From the NCBI GenBank assembly GCA_034667685.1, contig JAXDQU010000063.1, positions 1 through 15,670 of the forward strand: a DNA stretch of 15,670 nt, written 5' to 3'. The stretch is from Thermoplasmata archaeon. Lineage in GTDB: Archaea; Thermoplasmatota; SW-10-69-26; JACQPN01; JAJPHT01. Shown here in pieces: positions 7,132-14,973 of the stretch. The notes beneath the pieces are model-generated. The model was not told the DNA's origin. It saw only the letters and a program-made list of their open reading frames with translations, and searched no databases. How positions within the stretch are numbered: position 1 is the stretch's first letter; the number at the start of each line of letters is the position of its first letter. The translations under genes were made by a program, and so were the position numbers.

Positions 7132-8435
7132 CGGAGCACCCCCTTGGCGAGAAGCGCCTGCAGCGGCGCGCGGCTCGGGTGATATCGCAGGACCGTGATG
7201 CCGCGGCGTTCCAGCCCCTTGAGCTGCGCCTTCTCCTCGACGGCGACGATGCGCGCCGCGACGCTGCCGTCGTCCGCGACGATGGGCGTGACGCACACGA
7301 CGGGCGCGGGGCGGCGTCCGGTGCTCGCGAGGGCGCGGGCGGAGATGAGCGCGCGGGCGAGGGCCGGGTCGCGGCCCGCGAGGGTGAACGCGAAGATCAG
7401 CGGCTTCTCCCGCGCGAGGAAGCCCTTCGTCGCCTCGACGGCCTTGGCGATGGGCTCGCCCTCCTCGCCGGGCTGCGCGGTCGCGAGCAGGGCCGCCATG
7501 CGCCGCTCCTGCGTCTCGCCGCCGTCCGCGTAGAGCAGGCGCGTCTGCCCCGCGCCGAAGAGCGTGAAGCCGACGCGGTGCCCCTGGTCGAGGTAGTGGC
7601 CCGCGACCGAGAGCGCGCCGCTGGCCAGCTCGTCGAAGAGGCTCGCGTCGCTGGTGCCGCCCACCGTGTAGGGCGAGGCGTCGACGAAGAGCCAGACGAC
7701 CTTCTTGCCCTCGACCTCGTAGTCGTTGACGATGAGCTTCAGCTCGCCGCGGCTCTCGCGCGCCGTCGCCTTCCAGTTGACGGACTTGAGCGGATCGCCC
7801 TTGGCGTACGGGCGAAGCTCGCGGAAGTCGTTGGTCTGGATGCCGCGGCTCGCCTTGTCGCCGCCGGGCAGCATGGTGCGGCCCCACGCGGCGCTGGTGC
7901 GGATGCGGGGCGCGGGCGGGGTGCGCGGGTGGACGGTGATATCCTCGGTGGCGAGCGGCTCGGTGACGGGCGCGCTCTGGAGGAAGAGCGGGTCGTAGGT
8001 CGTCACGCGCAGCGCGCCGACGGGGTGCGTGCCGCGGCGCGGGGGGCGCAGGCGATAGCGCAGCGCGGCGACCTGGCCGGGCGCGACCCACGCGACGCCG
8101 AAGTTGGCGCCCGTCTGCAGCTCGAACGCGTCGGGCACCTTGTCGTGGAGCGAGAGCGCGACCGGCTCCTTGCCCTGGTGGCGCGCCTCGACCGAGACGT
8201 CGAGCGGGTCGCCCGCGCGAAGCTCCGTGCGGGAGAGCGCGCGCTTCGCGCTCAGGCCGGGGACGGCGTGCCCGCGCGCCCAGAGGACCAGGCCGAGCAG
8301 GAAGAGCGCGCACAGGAGGTACGGGTAGTCGCCGAACGCGAGGCCCGCCACGAGAAGCGCGCACCCTGCGGTCGCCATGGCGCGCCCGAACGGCGCGAGA
8401 CCCTTGACGTCTCCCCCGGTGCGCTCCTTCGCCAT
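7128..8435 (-). CDS. DUF58 / vWA-like MoxR-associated membrane-anchored protein
   Basis: Two N-terminal TM helices, Ig-like segment, RRG...G, DFRELRPYAKGDPLKSVNWKATAR, LFVDAS MIDAS-like start. Confidence 0.9.
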   Translation of the reverse strand: MAKERTGGDVKGLAPFGRAMATAGCALLVAGLAFGDYPYLLCALFLLGLVLWARGHAVPGLSAKRALSRTELRAGDPLDVSVEARHQGKEPVALSLHDKVPDAFELQTGANFGVAWVAPGQVAALRYRLRPPRRGTHPVGALRVTTYDPLFLQSAPVTEPLATEDITVHPRTPPAPRIRTSAAWGRTMLPGGDKASRGIQTNDFRELRPYAKGDPLKSVNWKATARESRGELKLIVNDYEVEGKKVVWLFVDASPYTVGGTSDASLFDELASGALSVAGHYLDQGHRVGFTLFGAGQTRLLYADGGETQERRMAALLATAQPGEEGEPIAKAVEATKGFLAREKPLIFAFTLAGRDPALARALISARALASTGRRPAPVVCVTPIVADDGSVAARIVAVEEKAQLKGLERRGITVLRYHPSRAPLQALLAKGVLR

Positions 8436-8439
8436 CGTG

Positions 8440-9450
8440 TCACATCATGCGGCGCGGCTTGGCGGCCGGCACGGGGACGGTCGCGAGCGATTCGCGCACG
8501 GCGCGCTCGGGCGAGGCGCCGGCCAGCATGTCCTCGACCTTCAGCAGCGTGCGGTGGGCGAGCGCGTCGACGGCGAAGGTCTTCACGTCGTCGGGCACCA
8601 CGAAGTCGCGCCCGCGCAGGAGCGCCATCGCCTTCGATAGCTTGAACAGGGCCAGCGAGCCGCGGGGGCTTGGGCCGACGCGGACCTGCGGGTGGGCGCG
8701 GACGGCGCGCACGATGCGGCTGATGTAGAGCATCACGTCGCTGCTCACGATGACGCCCTGCTCCACGCGCTGGCGGAGCCCGTCGAACTGCGCGAGGTCC
8801 ATGACCGGCTTGTAGTCCCCGGTCGGATCGTCCTTCGCCCAGCCGGCGCGGCGCTGGAGGATCGCGGCCTCCTCCTCGTCCGTCGCGGGGTAGCCCATCG
8901 AGAGGCGGATGAGGAAGCGGTCCATCTGCGCCTCGGGGAGCGGGTACGTGCCCTCCTGCTCGACGGGGTTCTGGGTGGCGAGCACGAAGAACGGCTTGGG
9001 GAGCTTGTGCGTCTCGCCGTCGATCGTCACCTGGCGCTCCTCCATCGCTTCGAGGAGCGCGCTCTGCGTCTTGGGCGGGGCGCGGTTGATCTCGTCCGCG
9101 AGCAGGACGTTCGTGAAGATCGGGCCCTTGTAGAGCTGGAAGGCGCGCGTCTCCTGGTTCCAGATCTTGGTGCCCAGGATGTCGGAGGGGAGGATGTCGG
9201 GCGTGAACTGCACGCGCTTGAAGTCGGCGTTCACGCTGCGCGCGAACGTCTTGACCAGGAGCGTCTTGCCCAGGCCGGGGAAGTCCTCCATGAGCACGTG
9301 GCCGCCCGCGAGCGCGCCCGCGGTGAGCTTCTCGACGACGATGTCCTTGCCGACGATGGAGCGCCCGACGCCGCGGATGAGCGCCTGGAGGGACGCGACC
9401 TCGTCCTTGTAGACTGCATGGCTGGCTTCGAGGTAGTCGTCGGTCTTCAT
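8440..9450 (-). CDS. moxR: MoxR-family AAA+ ATPase, 336 aa
   Basis: Walker A EDFPGLGKT, RVQFTPDILPSDILG, Walker B LLADEINRAPPKTQSALLEAM, ATQNPVEQEGTYPLPEAQMDRF; ATGA overlap at 9447-9450. Confidence 0.95.
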   Translation of the reverse strand: MKTDDYLEASHAVYKDEVASLQALIRGVGRSIVGKDIVVEKLTAGALAGGHVLMEDFPGLGKTLLVKTFARSVNADFKRVQFTPDILPSDILGTKIWNQETRAFQLYKGPIFTNVLLADEINRAPPKTQSALLEAMEERQVTIDGETHKLPKPFFVLATQNPVEQEGTYPLPEAQMDRFLIRLSMGYPATDEEEAAILQRRAGWAKDDPTGDYKPVMDLAQFDGLRQRVEQGVIVSSDVMLYISRIVRAVRAHPQVRVGPSPRGSLALFKLSKAMALLRGRDFVVPDDVKTFAVDALAHRTLLKVEDMLAGASPERAVRESLATVPVPAAKPRRMM

Positions 9451-10307
9451 GAGGGGTTCTCCACGGGTCTGCGAAGCGTGAGGATGCGCTCGATCTCGTC
9501 GAGCGCGGCGCGCACGTCGGCGTCGCGGTTCGTGCCGGCGCGCGCGAAGCTGGAGAGGATCTGGGCCTCCAGCGCTTTGATATCGGCCTCCGGAAGCTCG
9601 GCGGCCTGCGCGGCCGACCGGACGAAGGCGAGGAAGGGGGCGGCGTCGCCGCGCGCGCGGAAGGCGTCGAGCACGTCCTCCGCGCGCTGGCGCTTGGGGT
9701 CCGCGACCTTCAGGATGCGCCTGGCGTGGCGCTTGTGGTCGCTGGGCGCGAAGAGCCACGCCTCGCCCGCGCGGGGGCCGCCCACCCAGAGGCGCAGCGC
9801 GCCGGCGAAGCCCAGCGCGATGAGCGTCCACGTGATCAGCTCGCCCTGACTCAGGTAGCGCGCGTAGAAGAGCTGGAAGGCGACGACGAGGCCCGCGTAG
9901 GCGATGGCGGCCAGCGTGAGCAGCACGCGCCGGTAGGGGAAGGCGCTGCGCTCCTTCTTCTCGCGAAGCTCGCGGCGCGACCAGGCCGCGGCGAAGTCGA
10001 GCACGACGAACCCGCCGTAGAGACCGACCACGACGCGCGCGCCCGAGAGGCCCACGAGCAGCGCGGCCAGCCCGAAGAAGACCCACGAGAGGACGCGCGG
10101 GAACCAGGGCATGACGGCGCGGCCCCGGTTGATGGCGTAGCTGATGCCGCCCGCGCGCGCCGCGAAGCCCAAGGCCAAGGGCGGCGTCAGCGCGAAGATC
10201 GGGATCGCGCCGCCCACCGTCGTCACGGTGGTGGAGAGCAGGAACGCGAGCGCGCTGAACGCCGCGCCCAGGACGTTGAGCACGCGCCCCGCGCGCGGTG
10301 ATAGCAC
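9447..10307 (-). CDS. Multi-pass membrane protein with C-terminal helical cytoplasmic domain (start GTG 10307 or CTG 10319)
   Basis: About 6 hydrophobic segments; stop overlaps the moxR ATG; codon bias. Confidence 0.8.
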   Translation of the reverse strand: MLSPRAGRVLNVLGAAFSALAFLLSTTVTTVGGAIPIFALTPPLALGFAARAGGISYAINRGRAVMPWFPRVLSWVFFGLAALLVGLSGARVVVGLYGGFVVLDFAAAWSRRELREKKERSAFPYRRVLLTLAAIAYAGLVVAFQLFYARYLSQGELITWTLIALGFAGALRLWVGGPRAGEAWLFAPSDHKRHARRILKVADPKRQRAEDVLDAFRARGDAAPFLAFVRSAAQAAELPEADIKALEAQILSSFARAGTNRDADVRAALDEIERILTLRRPVENPS

Positions 10308-10322
10308 CGGCTCGAGCAGCCC

Positions 10323-11222
10323 TCAGACCTCCGGAAGCGCGGGCGGCGCGCGGGGTCCGGCCTGCGGGCCGACGGGCGGCAGGTCCGCGCGCTCGAGCAC
10401 GAGGAGCTGCTGCATGAGCGCGAGGTAGAGGCGGCGATCTGCCTCGCGCTCGCCGTAGGCCACGAGCTCGTAGACGCGCGCGATCTCCAGCAGGGCGCGC
10501 GCGGAGGTCTGGTCCGCGCCCGCGCGCAGCCGCTCGGCCAATTCGCGCGCGGTGCTGCTCTCGGCCTCGGGGCCGAGCATGCCGATGGCGAAGCTGCGGA
10601 ACTCGCCGAAGAGGCGGGCGATCTCCTCCTCGTAGCGCACGACGGAGACCGCGAGCGTCGCGTAGCCGGTCAGGCTGTCGAGGCGCGCCTCGGCGTCGAG
10701 CGTCAGCTCGCCCACGGGCTGCCCCGCGAGGTCGAAGGCGACGGTGCCGTCGTTGCCGGCCACGCCCTCGCCCACGAGCGCGCGGGCGCCGTCGCGCGGG
10801 GCGCTGGAGAGGCGCACGGCCGCGCCGGCCGCCGGGCCCGCGGAGGTCTGCACCGACACGACGAGCGTCACGCCCTCGCGCTCGCCGATCACCGAGGGGA
10901 AGCCCTCGGGCACGGCGGGCAGGTCCACGAGCACGGAGAGCCCGCCGCTCACGCGCGGGGCCGCAGCGGGGGCGCGCGGCGCGGCGCGGAGGGGCGCGGC
11001 CACGGGCGCGACCGCGACGGCGGCGAGGGGCTCCTCGTCCTTCTCCCGGAGCAGGGCGAAGACGCCCGCGACGTAGACGAGCGAGGCGAGGACCCACACC
11101 GGCGCGAGCACGATGGCCGCGTCGGGGTTCGTGAGCAGCGCGCCCACGGCGAGGCCCACGAGGGCGCCGCCTCCGATCCAGAGGGCCGTCTTGCCGGCGG
11201 GCTTCAGCTTCAGCGAGATCAC
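10323..11222 (-). CDS. Membrane-anchored protein: two TM helices, Ig-like beta region, C-terminal DUF4129-like domain (299 aa)
   Basis: GTGA overlap with the upstream stop and GGAGGA 8 nt upstream; C-terminal STARELAERL...ALLEIARVYELVAYG resembles DUF4129; this is the real part of track ORF 10323..14171. Confidence 0.78.
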   Translation of the reverse strand: MISLKLKPAGKTALWIGGGALVGLAVGALLTNPDAAIVLAPVWVLASLVYVAGVFALLREKDEEPLAAVAVAPVAAPLRAAPRAPAAAPRVSGGLSVLVDLPAVPEGFPSVIGEREGVTLVVSVQTSAGPAAGAAVRLSSAPRDGARALVGEGVAGNDGTVAFDLAGQPVGELTLDAEARLDSLTGYATLAVSVVRYEEEIARLFGEFRSFAIGMLGPEAESSTARELAERLRAGADQTSARALLEIARVYELVAYGEREADRRLYLALMQQLLVLERADLPPVGPQAGPRAPPALPEV

Positions 11223-11899
11223 TTGAGGAGTCCTCCGCAGGGGATGATGGAATAGAACTGGGTCGCGTAGCTCGCGCCGAGGAAGGGCTGCTGCGCGTCG
11301 ATCGTGAGCGTGTACGCACCCGCGGGCGCCTGCTTGTGGCCGAGCACCTCGTAGGAGTTGTACGTCCACTTGTCGTCCTCGCCCGGGCCGTTCACGGCGT
11401 TCACGTCGCGCGTCGTGTCGTTCGCGTACGCGCCCCACGTCACGCCGCCGGGCGCCGCGACCGTCGCGCTCATGTTCGAGCCCTTCCAGCCGGTCACGTT
11501 GACGAAGCCGCCCACGACGTAGGTGCCGTTGGGCGGCGTGAACGTCGCGGTCCGGTGGTAGTTGGGGCTCTGCCCCAGGAGCGTGTTCGCGTTGGAGGTG
11601 GAGAAGCTGTCGTTGAACGTCGCGTCCTTGATCGGCGCCACGATCGGCGGCGGGCACCCGCCCGGCGGGATCTGCCCCTTGTATTTCGAAGCGTCGAAGT
11701 CCGGAGGCGGCTTGAAGTCCGGCGGGGGCTTGAAGTCGGACGGGGGCACGAAGTCGCTCGGGATCGTGGAGGGCGTGGGGATCCACGGCGGCGGCTTGAC
11801 GTCCTTCACGTACGAGTTGTTGAGCGCGTTGAACGTCGGCAGCAGGAGGACCATGCCCATGGCTGCGCACACGCCCAGCTTCAGCATGCGGTCGTCCAC
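11219..11899 (-). CDS. Secreted or N-anchored protein with a Pro-rich hexapeptide-repeat stalk and beta-rich domain; first gene of the MoxR operon
   Basis: GGAGG 9 nt before GTG; N-terminal hydrophobic helix; PSDFVP-PSDFKP-PPDFKP-PPDFDA; Thr/Asn/Gly-rich extracellular composition. Confidence 0.82.
   Translation of the reverse strand: MDDRMLKLGVCAAMGMVLLLPTFNALNNSYVKDVKPPPWIPTPSTIPSDFVPPSDFKPPPDFKPPPDFDASKYKGQIPPGGCPPPIVAPIKDATFNDSFSTSNANTLLGQSPNYHRTATFTPPNGTYVVGGFVNVTGWKGSNMSATVAAPGGVTWGAYANDTTRDVNAVNGPGEDDKWTYNSYEVLGHKQAPAGAYTLTIDAQQPFLGASYATQFYSIIPCGGLLK
11696..11761 (-). repeat. Coding tandem repeat, 18-nt period, about 4 copies (P-[SP]-D-F-x-P)
   Basis: GAAGTC on the + strand at 11696, 11714, 11732 and 11750. 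Confidence 0.85.
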
Positions 11900-11944
11900 G
11901 TGGCGGTGCCTCCTGCGCGCACGCGCTCCACGGCGCGGGTCCGG

Positions 11945-11951
11945 TTATAAA
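11945..11951 (-). promoter_or_regulatory. Archaeal TATA box (TTTATAA) for the MoxR operon; possibly shared with the divergent cinA-like gene
   Basis: AACCTTTATAACC on the - strand, an AT island about 45 nt upstream of GTG 11899, leaving room for a short SD-containing leader. Confidence 0.7.
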
Positions 11952-11993
11952 GGTTGAGGATAAGCTGTTGGGCGGTCCCTCCGTTGCGCCGCC

Positions 11994-12782
11994 GTGCGCT
12001 GCGCGGTCATCCTGGTGGGCGACGAGCTTCTCGCGGGCCATACGCGTGACGCCAACGCCCATTTTCTGGCGCAGCGGCTCCACGCGCTCGGGCATCGCCT
12101 GCGCCGCATCGTGGTCGTGCCCGACGAGGCGCACGCGCTCGCCGCGGAGATCGACCACACGATGCCGCAGGCGGACGTCGTCTTCATCAGCGGCGGGCTG
12201 GGCCCGACGCACGACGACCGGACGACCGAGGCGCTGGCGCACCACTTCGGGCGCCGCCTGGTGCTCCACGAGCCTTCGTGGCACAAGCTCCTGGAACGCT
12301 ACGACCGGCGCGGCAACATCCCGGAGCACACCAAGCTCGCGGCGCGCAAGATGGTGACGATCCCCGAGGGGGCGGAGGCGCTGGAGAACCCGGTGGGCGC
12401 CGCGACGGGCTACGTGCTGCGCGAAGGAGGATGCGCGCTCGCGGTGCTGCCGGGCGTGCCCGCGGAGCTGATGGCGATCTTCGAGCAGGGCATCGTGGGG
12501 CGCCTCGTGCCGCAGGCGGCGCACGTCGGTCTCGTGGAGGCGGAGGTCGAGATGGCGGAGGCCTCCTTCGCCGCGGCGCTGGGCGCGGTGGCGGAGCGCT
12601 TCGGCGACGTGGAGATCGGCAGCTACCCGCACTTCGGGGAGCGGCGCGTGACGCTGCGGTTCAAGGGGGACGAGGCGCGCGCCGAGGAGGCGCTGCGGAC
12701 GTTCCTGCGCGAGTGCCCCGACGCCAAGGCGCGGCTGCTGGGCGCGCCGAAGACCAGCGCGGGGCGCGCGGTCGAGGTCTGA
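11994..12782 (+). CDS. cinA: CinA-like molybdopterin-binding-fold protein (COG1058-type pyrophosphatase), lacking the PncC domain
   Basis: VGDELLAG..RDAN..FL, VVVPDE, SGGLGPTHDDRT, LENPVGAA.G, LPGVPAEL, IGSYP. Confidence 0.88.
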   Translation: MRCAVILVGDELLAGHTRDANAHFLAQRLHALGHRLRRIVVVPDEAHALAAEIDHTMPQADVVFISGGLGPTHDDRTTEALAHHFGRRLVLHEPSWHKLLERYDRRGNIPEHTKLAARKMVTIPEGAEALENPVGAATGYVLREGGCALAVLPGVPAELMAIFEQGIVGRLVPQAAHVGLVEAEVEMAEASFAAALGAVAERFGDVEIGSYPHFGERRVTLRFKGDEARAEEALRTFLRECPDAKARLLGAPKTSAGRAVEV

Positions 12783-12824
12783 TCCTGCAACAACGGTTTT
12801 CAACCGGCCACCGGCTCGCGGCGC

Positions 12825-14123
12825 GTGCGCCTCGCCATCGCCCTCGCGCTCCTGCTCGCGGCCGGCTGCCTCGCCCCGGCGGCCACGCGGCCCACCTCGA
12901 CCGGCGCGACGCTGCCCTACGACCCGATGGGCCAGGCGCACGACCACTCGGACGTGGCGCTGCACGACTTCTCGTGGCAGATGGCGCAGACCGACCACCA
13001 GCCGCTCGCGGGGAGCGCCACGCACGGCAGCGGCGCGCACGCGCTCGACGTGCGCAACGGCTGGCTCTTCGCGGCGGTGTACGGCGGCACGGCGGACGAT
13101 GAGGGCGGCTTCTTCGTCCTCAACCTGAGCGACCCCGCGCACCCCCGGCAGGTCGGGCGCTATCAATTTCCGGGGCCGCTCGCGGGCGACCGCAGCATGG
13201 AGGCGACCGACGACGCGGACTTCGTGGCGCTGGGCACCGAGGCGGTCGACTGCGCGGGGCACGTCAACCCCGCGGGGCCCGGCCTCTACCTGATCGACGT
13301 GCGCGACAAGGCCAACCCCAGGCTCGCGGACTACATGCCCAACAGCGGCGTGCACAGCGTCACGGTCCACCGGATCCACGGCGAGGACTACGTCTTCGGC
13401 CTGATGCCCAACGACAACGTCGTCCACATCGTACGCTCGCCCGTCCCGCGCCTGGAGGCCGTGGGGCAGGTCAGCATCGGACATGATAGCATCGTCGTCG
13501 ACGATCCGATCCTCCAGAAGCCCCTCCTGTACGCCGCGAACGGGGGCGCGGGCTTCGAGATCAGCGACGTCTCCGATCCGGGGCACCCGAAGCTCCTCGC
13601 GGCGTGGAACATCCCCGACCGCAACGGCAAGTACTACATCCACACCGGCGCGGTCACGTCCGTCGACGGGCGGCGCATCGCGGTCGTCACGAGCGAGGAC
13701 TGGCAGGACTACCCGAGCGCGCTCTGGGTCCTCGACGCGACGGACTTCGGCCTCATCCAGACGATCAGCCATTGGAGCGCGCCGGGCGACCACGCCGCGG
13801 ACGGCCTGCGCTACAGCATGCACAACCCGCGCTTCCTGGGGACGACGCTCATCCTCGCCTACTACCACGGCGGCGTCTGGGCGCTCGACATGGGCAGCGC
13901 CCAGAAGCTTGCTCATCCCCAGGTGATCGGACAGTTCAGCCCGTCCACGAGCAACGGCTGGCGGCCGCAGCCCACCGACACGCACGCGGTCTCGGACACG
14001 GAGTGCGGCAAGTTCAACCTCGCCGACGCGCCGATGGTCTTCGACGTCGAGACCGGCCCGCAGGGCTACGTCTACGTCGCGGACCTGCCCACCGGCCTCT
14101 ACACGGTGAAGCCGACTTGGTGA
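12825..14123 (+). CDS. LVIVD-repeat beta-propeller lipoprotein
   Basis: Lipobox LLAAGC; repeats GFFVLNLSDPAHP, GLYLIDVRDKANP, GFEISDVSDPGHP, LWVLDATD, YYHGGVWALD, YVYVADLPTGLY. Confidence 0.85.
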   Translation: MRLAIALALLLAAGCLAPAATRPTSTGATLPYDPMGQAHDHSDVALHDFSWQMAQTDHQPLAGSATHGSGAHALDVRNGWLFAAVYGGTADDEGGFFVLNLSDPAHPRQVGRYQFPGPLAGDRSMEATDDADFVALGTEAVDCAGHVNPAGPGLYLIDVRDKANPRLADYMPNSGVHSVTVHRIHGEDYVFGLMPNDNVVHIVRSPVPRLEAVGQVSIGHDSIVVDDPILQKPLLYAANGGAGFEISDVSDPGHPKLLAAWNIPDRNGKYYIHTGAVTSVDGRRIAVVTSEDWQDYPSALWVLDATDFGLIQTISHWSAPGDHAADGLRYSMHNPRFLGTTLILAYYHGGVWALDMGSAQKLAHPQVIGQFSPSTSNGWRPQPTDTHAVSDTECGKFNLADAPMVFDVETGPQGYVYVADLPTGLYTVKPTW

Positions 14124-14128
14124 GGGGG

Positions 14129-14176
14129 CGAAATGGCCTTGCGTCCCACGCGCCTTGGGCGCAGCGGGCACACCCC
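14129..14176 (+). promoter_or_regulatory. Conserved upstream element, copy 1 (before peptide P1)
   Basis: CGAAAT-N3-CTTG-N5-CACGC-N-CCTT-N8-CGGGCACA-N-CCC-ATG, matching 14693-14739. Confidence 0.65.
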
Positions 14177-14398
14177 ATGAAAGCGACCCTCCTCGTCCTC
14201 GCCTCGCTCCTCGCGCTCACGGCCGTCTCGACGGCCGCCCCCGGCGCGAGCGCCATCGGCTACTGCACGTTCGCCACGGGCGACTGCACGGGCTACTTCG
14301 TCTGCGTCGGCCCCCAGTACGGCGACGACGGCCAGATCGTGGGCTGCAGCGGCGCGAACGTCCCCATCCCGCCCTGCGCCTGCCAGCCCTACGACTGA
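14177..14398 (+). CDS. Secreted six-cysteine mini-protein P1 (73 aa; 26-aa signal plus 47-aa mature)
   Basis: MKATLLVLASLLALTAVSTAAPGASA | IGYCTFATGDCTGYFVC...C...CAC; paralogous to three neighbours; C-terminal part of track ORF 13604..14398. Confidence 0.9.
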   Translation: MKATLLVLASLLALTAVSTAAPGASAIGYCTFATGDCTGYFVCVGPQYGDDGQIVGCSGANVPIPPCACQPYD

Positions 14399-14411
14399 GG
14401 AGAGGGGCGCC

Positions 14412-14651
14412 ATGAAGCTCCCCACCCTCGTCCTCGCCGCGTGCCTCGTCGCCGGTGGCCTCGTGGCCGTCGCGGCGCCCGCCACCGCCATGATGCAGTG
14501 GTGCACGTCCGCCACCGGCAACTGCCAGGGCTACGTCGTCTGCCTGGGCGTGACGTACCAGAACGGGCACGTGCAGCGCTGCGACCACGGCGTCCCGGAC
14601 AACGTCATCCCGGGCTGCGACCCCGCCTCGTGCGACGCGATCCTGCCGTAG
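14412..14651 (+). CDS. Secreted six-cysteine mini-protein P2 (79 aa)
   Basis: GAGGAGAGGGG SD; signal ending APATA; WCTSATGNCQGYVVC...RCDHGV...GCDPASC. Confidence 0.9.
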   Translation: MKLPTLVLAACLVAGGLVAVAAPATAMMQWCTSATGNCQGYVVCLGVTYQNGHVQRCDHGVPDNVIPGCDPASCDAILP

Positions 14652-14692
14652 GCCTGCGCCTGCATCCGCCCGGGTGCGGCATGGGCGAGCGC

Positions 14693-14739
14693 CGAAATCC
14701 ACTTGTGGCGCACGCTCCTTCCGTGCCCGGGCACAACCC
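14693..14739 (+). promoter_or_regulatory. Conserved upstream element, copy 2 (before peptide P3)
   Basis: CGAAAT-N3-CTTG-N5-CACGC-N-CCTT-N7-CGGGCACA-N-CCC-ATG. Confidence 0.65.
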
Positions 14740-14964
14740 ATGAAAGCGACCCTTCTCGTGATCGTCTCCCTCGCCGCGCTCACCTTCGTGAGCGTAGCCG
14801 CGCCCGGCGCCTCCGCCGTGGGCTACTGCACGACCTTCACCGGCTCGTGCGACGGCTACATCGTCTGCATCGGCACGCAGACCTCCTACAGCCACCTGAC
14901 CCACTGCCAGACCGGCGTCCGCGAGCCCCCCTGCACGTGCGACCCGTGGCCGCAGCCCCTCTGA
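14740..14964 (+). CDS. Secreted six-cysteine mini-protein P3 (74 aa)
   Basis: MKATLLVIVSLAALTFVSVAAPGASA | VGYCTTFTGSCDGYIVC...HC...PPCTC. Confidence 0.9.
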   Translation: MKATLLVIVSLAALTFVSVAAPGASAVGYCTTFTGSCDGYIVCIGTQTSYSHLTHCQTGVREPPCTCDPWPQPL

Positions 14965-14973
14965 GGCGCTTCG

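Noticed and set aside
11223-14171. N-terminal ~980 aa of the 1282-aa minus-strand track ORF, and similar long ORFs (8440..11319 upstream part, 6439..8364 upstream part, 5348..6871, 5599..7182, 1217..2500, 7179..8645)
   Set aside because: Arg/Gly/Pro-rich shadow frames overlapping well-supported genes; stop codons are scarce at this GC content.
14433-14444. LAAC lipobox in peptide P2
   Set aside because: The Cys is at residue 11, inside the hydrophobic region, and a normal AxA site aligns with those of the paralogs.
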